Source: Candidatus Bruticola sp.
GTDB lineage: Bacteria > Vulcanimicrobiota > Xenobia > Xenobiales > Xenobiaceae
Assembly: GCA_051874735.1 (NCBI GenBank)
Contig: JBJEGD010000042.1
Span: 1 to 64,000, forward strand
DNA: 64,000 nucleotides
Direction: 5' to 3'
Part shown: positions 56,951-64,000 of the stretch, one piece after another
Layout: each line of letters starts with the position of its first letter
How positions within the stretch are numbered: the first letter of the stretch is position 1
Program-made: the position numbers and the translations under genes
The notes under the pieces: generated by a model
Told to the model about the DNA's origin: nothing
Database searches by the model: none
What the model saw: the letters and a program-made list of their open reading frames with translations, nothing else

Positions 56951-58210
56951 TCAAGATAAAACCTGCTTATTTTCTGCCAATTCAACAGCAGCCGTAAACA
57001 GTACATCAGTAGAAGAATTCAAGGCCGTTTCGCAAGAATCTTGGATTACACCTATAACAAAACCTATGCCAACTACTTGCATCGCTATATCGCTGGGAAT
57101 ACCGAACAACTCACAAGCTAAGGGAATAAGCAACAGAGAGCCGCCAGCAACTCCTGAAGTGCCGCAGGCACTGATCGCAGCTGTAATACAAAGCAGCAAA
57201 GCAGTAATAAAATTGATCTGAATATCGAAAGTATTAGCCGCTGCCAGAGTCAGAATAGATATAGTACAGGCGGCTCCTCCCATATTTATAGTAGCACCTA
57301 AAGGTATAGAAACAGAATAAGTGCTTTTATCCAACTTAAGTTCTTCGCATATGCTCATATTGACAGGGATATTAGCTGCCGAACTGCGCGTAAAAAAAGC
57401 TGGAATGCCGCTATCACGCAAACATTTGAAAACTAAAGGATAAGGATTATGGTGAAGTTTGCACCATACAATAAACGGGTTGACAATTAAAGCTATGACA
57501 ATCATGGAGCCAACTAAAACTAAAATCAGCTTACCATAAACAGTTAAAGCCTCTAAACCACATTCGGAAATGGCTTTAAAAACTAATCCCATAATTCCCA
57601 AAGGGGCACAGCTAATTACATAAGTTATAATCTTAGTAAGAGCCTCAGCCAGTTCAGATAAAAATAACTTCGATGTGTCAGACGCTGAGCGCATCACTAA
57701 ACCAAGAGCTACAGCCCAGACAAGTATCCCCATATAGTTGGCTGAACTGACGGCAGCGACTGGATTATCTACAAGACTTACAATCATATGACCCAGCACG
57801 TCCGATAAGCTGGTAGGGCGAAGACTCTCACTTTCAAAGCCAGTTCCCAAAACTAAAGTAGGATGAAAAATAAAGTTCATGCCAACAGAAACGGCTCCAG
57901 CCAGCAGCATACCGATAACATACAAAACAACTATTTTACCAATATTGCTCTTTGATTCCTGACTATGTTGGGCTAACGAAGAAGATACCAGAACAAATAC
58001 TAAAATAGGAGCAATAGCTTTCAAGGCTCCTATGAAAAGTTGCCCTAAAATCGATAATAAAGTTAGCTGAGGAAAAACTAGAGCCAAAATAATTCCCAAG
58101 ATTAATCCGATAATTATTTTCGTTATAAAACTCAGCTGAATCAGTCTACTAAAGATAGACTTCATAATTTGCATATTACAAGACTCCCCTTCCGCGCAGT
58201 AATACTTCAA
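56951..58210 (-). CDS. sstT: Serine/threonine:Na+ symporter SstT
   Basis: ALKAIAPILVFVLV, AFFTRSSAANIPVN, SIPLGATINMGGA, ACGTSGVAGGSLLLIP, QDSCETALNSSTD; true start probably slightly downstream. Confidence 0.95.
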   Translation of the reverse strand: MKYYCAEGESCNMQIMKSIFSRLIQLSFITKIIIGLILGIILALVFPQLTLLSILGQLFIGALKAIAPILVFVLVSSSLAQHSQESKSNIGKIVVLYVIGMLLAGAVSVGMNFIFHPTLVLGTGFESESLRPTSLSDVLGHMIVSLVDNPVAAVSSANYMGILVWAVALGLVMRSASDTSKLFLSELAEALTKIITYVISCAPLGIMGLVFKAISECGLEALTVYGKLILVLVGSMIVIALIVNPFIVWCKLHHNPYPLVFKCLRDSGIPAFFTRSSAANIPVNMSICEELKLDKSTYSVSIPLGATINMGGAACTISILTLAAANTFDIQINFITALLLCITAAISACGTSGVAGGSLLLIPLACELFGIPSDIAMQVVGIGFVIGVIQDSCETALNSSTDVLFTAAVELAENKQVLS

Positions 58211-58384
58211 AGAAATTATCCTTTAAGAAGCTGCCGCCTGCCTGAAAGCGAAGTTTTTGACTCATTTATTTCCAACGGTTCTTCTAAAATATATTAAAAA
58301 AGGTTTTTTTAAGGTGAATTTGAATAAAAAGACCGGTGCGGTGTCTGGCCATATCCTGCCATTTCTGCAAGCTGAGGGCAAACT

Positions 58385-59170
58385 ATGAGTACAACTATTT
58401 TAGGAAAATTACTTAAGAAACTCCGCGTAGAACACAGCGAAACTATTAACGATATGGCCAAAAAACTAGAAATTACTCCTTCCTATCTATCCTCTATAGG
58501 CGTAGGCAAGCGTTCTTTGCCAGCCAAGCAGCTAGAAATGATAAAAAAGCACTACCACCCTAGCCGCAAACTGATGCGTCAAATTTTCTGGGCAGCTGAG
58601 TTTTCCAAATTAGGCGTCAAGGTTAATTACGCTAAGCTAAATGAGCCCCAGCGTCAGTTGACGGCCGTATTCGCCCGCAACATAGCGAAACTAGACGCAG
58701 AAGCCATTGCCAAGTGCTATCAAGCTCTTAATATCCCCCATCAGGAACTGAGGGGCTGGTGTGCTTTATTTAAGCAGAATCAGTGCTCATACAAACCTTT
58801 TCAACATATTCTCGAGTATATCCAGAGCGAACAGCATCATGACAAAACTTTACAGCTCCTTCTGCATAAATCTGGCCTGGATTCTTCAGCTTCTGCCAAA
58901 TCTAAGCTCAATGCTCTGCAAGAGCAGCTGAGAATTCTTCAAGAATCACTGCCCTCTAACGAAGCAAATTTACAGAATTTAGCTTTCAGCCTGAAAAATT
59001 CCCTGCAACAGTTAAGCATAGAGATCACAGCTTTAGCCGCCCTGCTCAACCGTGAAAATGAAACTAATAATTTATCCCTAAAAACTGATCCAGCTTCAGC
59101 AAACAGCGAGGCTGAAGATCCAGAAGATATGTACGATACCGGTCCAGGACAGGAATTGCTAGATTTTTAA
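58385..59170 (+). CDS. XRE-family HTH transcriptional regulator with C-terminal coiled coil
   Basis: LGKLLKKLRVEHSETINDMAKKLEITPSYLSSIGVGKR. Confidence 0.85.
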   Translation: MSTTILGKLLKKLRVEHSETINDMAKKLEITPSYLSSIGVGKRSLPAKQLEMIKKHYHPSRKLMRQIFWAAEFSKLGVKVNYAKLNEPQRQLTAVFARNIAKLDAEAIAKCYQALNIPHQELRGWCALFKQNQCSYKPFQHILEYIQSEQHHDKTLQLLLHKSGLDSSASAKSKLNALQEQLRILQESLPSNEANLQNLAFSLKNSLQQLSIEITALAALLNRENETNNLSLKTDPASANSEAEDPEDMYDTGPGQELLDF

Positions 59171-59248
59171 ACTGACCGAAATTATTATCCGTTTGTCCCT
59201 TCTATTTGACGATTAACATATACAATACAGATGTTATTAAAAAAACAT

Positions 59249-59291
59249 AAAAGAAGCCCCGATTGGCGTTTGCCAATCGGGGCTTCTCTTT
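59249..59291. terminator. Bidirectional terminator between the XRE gene and ppdK
   Basis: AGAAGCCCCGATTGGC-GTTT-GCCAATCGGGGCTTCT. Confidence 0.85.
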
Positions 59292-59360
59292 GCTTTTATC
59301 AAACAACTCTGCCCGTCAGAGACTAGGCAGAGCGAAAGCAATCGTTATCAGGTCAAAGCA

Positions 59361-62270
59361 CTAACGGATGTCAGCAGCAGCTCCCTGACCATTGCGCTTC
59401 TCACGCACAGCAGCCTGAGCAGCGGCCAAACGGGCGATAGGCACACGGTAAGGAGAGCAAGACACATAAGTGAGGCCTATTTCATGGCAGAAAGCTACCG
59501 AAGAGGGCTCACCGCCATGTTCGCCGCAGATACCGATTTCCATATCTTCACCGCGAGTAGCGCGTCCTTCTTTGACAGCCAGCTTCATTAAGCGGCCCAC
59601 ACCTACCTGATCCAGTACCTGGAAAGGATCAGCTTTCAAGATATGCTGATCTAAGTAAATAGGCACGAAGGTCTTGGCTGCGTCGTCACGAGAGTAGCCG
59701 AAAGTGGTCTGAGAGAGGTCGTTAGTACCGAAACTGAAGAATTCAGCTTCAGTAGCGATGTCGCCGGCAGTCAAAGCAGCTCTGGGAATCTCAACCATGG
59801 TACCGACCTTATACTTAACGGTTACACCCATTTCGGCCATAACCTTTTCAGCCATCTCAGTAACCATACGGCGGTTCCAGCGCATCTCCTCAACGGTACC
59901 TACACCGGGGATCATAATTTCGGGCTTAGCATCGATGCCCTCTTTAACCAAACCGCAAGCAGCTTCCATAATACCACGGACCTGCATTTTGACGATTTCA
60001 GGGAAAACGATACCTAAACGGCAGACGCGCAGACCGAGCATGGGGTTGCACTCGCTCATCTTCTCCACACGGCCCAACAAGCTGACTAAGCTCTCCAAGG
60101 TCACATCGGCGCCGCGCTTGCTGCGAATTTCACTCAAAGCAGCCTCATAAGCCTCAGTGCTAACCTCTTTAAGAGTTCTGAGACGAACTACATCTTCGAA
60201 AAGAGGACCATGCTTAGGAAGGAACTCATGTAAAGGCGGGTCAATCAGACGAATAATTGTCCAGCAGCCCTTCATAGCTTCCAAAATACCGCGGAAGTCG
60301 CCGCGCTGGAACTCAAGCAACTTGCCTAAAAGTTCCTGATAGCGATTCCAAACAGGCATGTGCTCTTTATCGAACTCAACCAGTTTAGCTTCCAAAGCTT
60401 CTTTGTGGCGTCCGTTAGCCTCAGCCAGCTCTTTTACAATGCTCTGTCTGGCACGATTGCCATTTTCAGCCTCACCAGCGATCAGGATCATATCCTGCAC
60501 GTAAGGCAAGCGCTCAGTTTCCATGAACATGTGCTCCGTACGGCACAGACCGATACCGGCAGCACCGAAAGCTCTAGCTCTAGCGGCGTCTTTGGGATTG
60601 TCAGCGTTGGCATAAACTCTCAAACGCTTAACTTCATCGGCCCATCCTAAAAGTTCTTTAGTTTCAGGAGTGAGATCTTTGGGCTCTTCCAGAGGAAGTT
60701 CGCCGAGCATAACTTCACCGGTAGAACCATCAATAGTGAGGAAGTCGCCATCTTTGAAAGACTTGTTACCTACGGTAACAGTCTTGTTCTCAATGTCGAT
60801 GTGCAAAGCTTCGCAGCCTACCACGCAAGGGATCCCCCAGCCACGGGCGACCAAAGCAGCGTGAGATGAAGGTCCGCCGGTAGAAGTCAGGATACCTTTA
60901 GCCACCAACATACCAGCGGCATCTTCGGGAGTAGTATCTATACGAACCAAAATGACGGGAGTCTCACCATGGAGGCGTACAGCTTCGTTCTTGTCGAATA
61001 CTACGCGTCCGCAAGCAGCACCGGGAGAAGCAGCAGTACCTTTGGCCAACATGCTACCATCAGCTTTAGCCTGCTTCTTAACCTTATCGGGTATGAAGGG
61101 GTGAAGCAAACGATCGAGCTGATCGGGAGCTACACGCATAACGGCCTCTTCTTTGGTTATAAGACCTTCGTGAACCATATCGACAGCGATCTTGACAGCA
61201 GCGGCAGCAGTTCTCTTACCATTGCGGGTCTGCAGCATGAACAGACGGCCCTTTTCAATAGTGAACTCCATGTCCTGAAGATCTTTATAATGAAGCTCTA
61301 AGTTGCTGGCGATGTCGGAAAGAGCTTTGTAACTTTCCGGCATAATTCTCTTGAGCTCGTCGATAGGAGAAACTTTGCGGATACCGGCTACGACGTCTTC
61401 GCCCTGAGCGTTCAAAAGGAAGTCGCCGACCAAGCCCTTAGTACCATCGTTGTAGTCGCGGCTGAAGGCTACGCCCGTACCAGAATTCTCACCCATGTTA
61501 CCGAAGCACATAGCCTGAACGTTTACTGCAGTACCAAGGTTGTGAGGGATCTTCTCGTGGTTACGGTAAATAATAGCGCGCTCGTTCATCCAGGAACGGA
61601 ATACTGCCAGAACGGCCTCTTTGAGCTGCTGATGGACGTCTTGAGGGAAATCAAAACCTTTTTCATCTTTGAAGAGCTTTTTATAGAGCTCGACAACTTC
61701 TTTCAAAGCTTCAGCAGAAAGCTTGGAGTCTTCTTTGACGCCTTCGGCATCTTTTTTAGCGCGCAGAATTTTTTCAAATTCGGACTTAGGGAGCTCCATA
61801 ACGACATCGGAGAACATCATAATGAAGCGGCGGTAAGCGTCATAAGCAAAACGCTCATCGTTGGATTGCTCAGCCAGACCTTTGACAGTTTCATCATTAA
61901 GACCGAGGTTGAGGATGGTGTCCATCATACCAGGCATAGAGAATTTAGCACCGGAACGAACCGAAACTAAGAGAGGATTCTTCGGGCAGCCGAAGCCCTT
62001 GTCCATCTTCTTAGCCAAAACAGCCATCTGCTCTTCAATTTCTTCATCGAGGCCGGGAGGCATAATTTTGCCCAGCTCATAATACATATTGCAGACTTCA
62101 GTCGTTACAGTAAAGCCGGGAGGTACGGGGATTCCCATACGAGTCATCTCAGCTAAGTTGGCGCCTTTGCCGCCCAAGATAGCGCGCATTTCGGCGTTAC
62201 CTTCTTCAAATTGGTAAGTAGCTTTCTCATTGGTCAGCTTTTTACGCCAACTCTCACAACTACACGTCAT
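59361..62270 (-). CDS. ppdK: Pyruvate, phosphate dikinase
   Basis: LGGKGANLAEM, SVRSGAKFSMPGMMDT, SHAA phospho-His, GIGLCRTEHMF, FSFGTNDL, GICGEHGG. Confidence 0.98.
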   Translation of the reverse strand: MTCSCESWRKKLTNEKATYQFEEGNAEMRAILGGKGANLAEMTRMGIPVPPGFTVTTEVCNMYYELGKIMPPGLDEEIEEQMAVLAKKMDKGFGCPKNPLLVSVRSGAKFSMPGMMDTILNLGLNDETVKGLAEQSNDERFAYDAYRRFIMMFSDVVMELPKSEFEKILRAKKDAEGVKEDSKLSAEALKEVVELYKKLFKDEKGFDFPQDVHQQLKEAVLAVFRSWMNERAIIYRNHEKIPHNLGTAVNVQAMCFGNMGENSGTGVAFSRDYNDGTKGLVGDFLLNAQGEDVVAGIRKVSPIDELKRIMPESYKALSDIASNLELHYKDLQDMEFTIEKGRLFMLQTRNGKRTAAAAVKIAVDMVHEGLITKEEAVMRVAPDQLDRLLHPFIPDKVKKQAKADGSMLAKGTAASPGAACGRVVFDKNEAVRLHGETPVILVRIDTTPEDAAGMLVAKGILTSTGGPSSHAALVARGWGIPCVVGCEALHIDIENKTVTVGNKSFKDGDFLTIDGSTGEVMLGELPLEEPKDLTPETKELLGWADEVKRLRVYANADNPKDAARARAFGAAGIGLCRTEHMFMETERLPYVQDMILIAGEAENGNRARQSIVKELAEANGRHKEALEAKLVEFDKEHMPVWNRYQELLGKLLEFQRGDFRGILEAMKGCWTIIRLIDPPLHEFLPKHGPLFEDVVRLRTLKEVSTEAYEAALSEIRSKRGADVTLESLVSLLGRVEKMSECNPMLGLRVCRLGIVFPEIVKMQVRGIMEAACGLVKEGIDAKPEIMIPGVGTVEEMRWNRRMVTEMAEKVMAEMGVTVKYKVGTMVEIPRAALTAGDIATEAEFFSFGTNDLSQTTFGYSRDDAAKTFVPIYLDQHILKADPFQVLDQVGVGRLMKLAVKEGRATRGEDMEIGICGEHGGEPSSVAFCHEIGLTYVSCSPYRVPIARLAAAQAAVREKRNGQGAAADIR

Positions 62271-62469
62271 TTATTGCCATTCCCTTCCAACGCCGCAGCA
62301 GACAAATTTCCCGCTGCATGCGGTTTATGATTTTATTAATAAGCTTCGGCTTCCATCTCTGAAAGCTCACTAATTCTTAACAAAACTAAAGCCAAGCCGT
62401 CGTAAGCAACGCCCAAACAGCCCGCTCGCATGTGTTTTTTATCTATATAAAAAAGTTTATTTCCACTAG

Positions 62470-62982
62470 TTATACACTTTTTTGCGCTAAAGCCAGCATT
62501 TCTTCTGTACTAGCCTGCAGCATGGTATAAGACTTCCAATTCAGGACTATAGCCTTATTAAGCATTTTCGTACCGCTCTCAGCAGCTTGAAGGGCCAAAT
62601 CACGCAAATAGCTATCGCCGCTTTCAGCATACTGGCCGATCAGCTCTAAAGAACGAATCAGGTTTTCCAATCCCATTCTTCCGACCTGAAGTTCTTCACT
62701 AATTTCAGTGCGCACATCATCGGGGACTTCCATAGAGCAGACGCCGGAGAGGGTTGATTTATAAAAAGACTTGCGCTTTTCTAAACGTTCGCACAACTCT
62801 TCCTTAGAGATCTTACCTCCATCCCAATCAAATAAAATAGAGGTTACTTCTACTAAAGGACCGTTCTGATAAGGCGGAAGCGCCTTTCGGGAAGGAAGAG
62901 GCGCTTTACAGTACTCGCATACATCTGTTGAATCGGTAATTTTACCACAAGACACACACAACATATCGGACGTATCTTTCAC
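62470..62982 (-). CDS. Hypothetical protein with N-terminal Zn-ribbon and helical bundle
   Basis: CVSCG...CEYCKAPL. Confidence 0.7.
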   Translation of the reverse strand: MKDTSDMLCVSCGKITDSTDVCEYCKAPLPSRKALPPYQNGPLVEVTSILFDWDGGKISKEELCERLEKRKSFYKSTLSGVCSMEVPDDVRTEISEELQVGRMGLENLIRSLELIGQYAESGDSYLRDLALQAAESGTKMLNKAIVLNWKSYTMLQASTEEMLALAQKSV

Positions 62983-63039
62983 TCAAAAGAAGTCATTCCC
63001 TCCTGTCGCATACCGACTAATTGCCATTTGTTTTGAAGT

Positions 63040-64000
63040 TCACTTATTTACCGGCTTAAAAGAGGCCACAAAACAAGGGCGCTTAGGATCAGTATTACTA
63101 CCATTCACCAATCGTACTTCTTTGAAACCAGCCATATTCATTACGTAACGCACGCGTTCAATAGGAGGATCGCCTCCATCATCTATTAGTAACAGTCCAC
63201 CTGGTTTCAAAGCTTTTTTTATACTGCTAAGCAAAGGCAACCAATCGCGCTTAAGCAACTCTTCAGGGCCGTCACCTATATGAATTAAACCGGCATGCAC
63301 AATATCGACACTATTCTCCAGCATACAGCAGTTTCGGTAAGTTCCGTCTATATATTTCACCGTTCCCCAATTTACGCAGCCTGAAGACTGCAAATCTTGG
63401 ACGAAACGCTTACAGGAGCCATCTATTTCTACGGCCCAAATAATTCCCTGACTACCTAATTCATTTCTTAAAGAAGAAAAGATTTTTCCGCTTCCGTAAC
63501 CAATTTCGCACCAGTTAACTCCCGAAAAGCTACTTCCTGCGGGAAGAAGTTTCTTAAGCTCCTCCATTTGCTTTTGGCCTCCTTCACTGCCGGCGTAAGT
63601 GTAAAGCTGGCGAAAAGCCTCTAGAGGCCACTGAGGAGCAGGTCCTAAACCTATTTCATTATGAAGTTTCTGCATAGAGTCGTAATCGCGGTTGCGCACA
63701 GCTAACAAAATTTCCAAGGAGCGGATTAAAGGGAAATCTTTATTTTTATCCTTGTAATAAGCTTGGTATACGGCCTCTTCAAAACTCTGGAACTGCCAAT
63801 TCGGCTTTTTTACCTGCCAATGACCAGCTGTATCGGCATAATAAGCAGCATTCTCCTTCAAGGTTTCCAACTTAGGATCGAGTGCTACCAAATTTTCCAG
63901 AGCTGAGCGCAAAGGATACTTATACATGTAAAGCATAGGAAAATCGGCGTTAGGCGGCAGTTGACGCGCTCCGTTAAGCACTTGAGCTAATTGCTGCGCC
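63040..64000 (-). CDS. Class I SAM-dependent methyltransferase domain protein (5' end outside the window)
   Basis: WCEIGYGSG motif I, IWAVEID, SVDIV, ALKPGGLLLIDD; frame stays open to the window edge. Confidence 0.85.
   Translation of the reverse strand, partial: AQQLAQVLNGARQLPPNADFPMLYMYKYPLRSALENLVALDPKLETLKENAAYYADTAGHWQVKKPNWQFQSFEEAVYQAYYKDKNKDFPLIRSLEILLAVRNRDYDSMQKLHNEIGLGPAPQWPLEAFRQLYTYAGSEGGQKQMEELKKLLPAGSSFSGVNWCEIGYGSGKIFSSLRNELGSQGIIWAVEIDGSCKRFVQDLQSSGCVNWGTVKYIDGTYRNCCMLENSVDIVHAGLIHIGDGPEELLKRDWLPLLSSIKKALKPGGLLLIDDGGDPPIERVRYVMNMAGFKEVRLVNGSNTDPKRPCFVASFKPVNK

Noticed and set aside
27872-59291. Long palindromes as REP/MITE elements or a CRISPR array
   Set aside because: Each palindrome has a different sequence, sits at a gene end and fits an intrinsic terminator; no regularly spaced direct repeats or cas genes were seen

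Overview
Bacterial chromosomal window with no integrase, transposase or CRISPR array. RpoB/RpoC, DnaE and the flagellar gene order look Bacillota/Terrabacteria-like; a deep-branching host-associated lineage is a guess, not established. The centrepiece (8.6-27.5 kb) is a complete flagellar-type III export and basal-body cluster in fla/che operon order: flgB-flgC-fliE-fliF-fliG-fliH-fliI-fliJ-slt-fliK-flgE-like-fliM-fliN-fliN-fliO-fliP-fliQ-fliR-flhB-flhA. It lacks flgD, motA/motB, fliL, cheY and flhF/flhG at their usual positions. FliG has lost two stator-contact arginines and FliM has a degenerate CheY-binding motif. Directly downstream lie a small acidic protein and three tandem unannotated proteins (92, 269 and 247 aa) that share an ungapped 55-aa C-terminal helical domain. 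Together this suggests a non-rotating, flagellum-derived secretion machine with its own needle/filament or translocon-like subunit family (inference; the missing genes could lie elsewhere in the genome). Other notable items: a candidate effector with a catalytically dead lethal-factor-like protease domain, a degenerate DnaE-fragment paralogue beside dnaE, RpoB with a Zn-ribbon and an internally duplicated insertion, a GapR/DUF2312 gene next to tRNA-Pro(CGG), a stand-alone trpB, LTxxQ-repeat membrane proteins and two divergent GT-C-like membrane proteins. The rest is housekeeping (recQ, rpoBC, dnaE, proB, sstT, ppdK).
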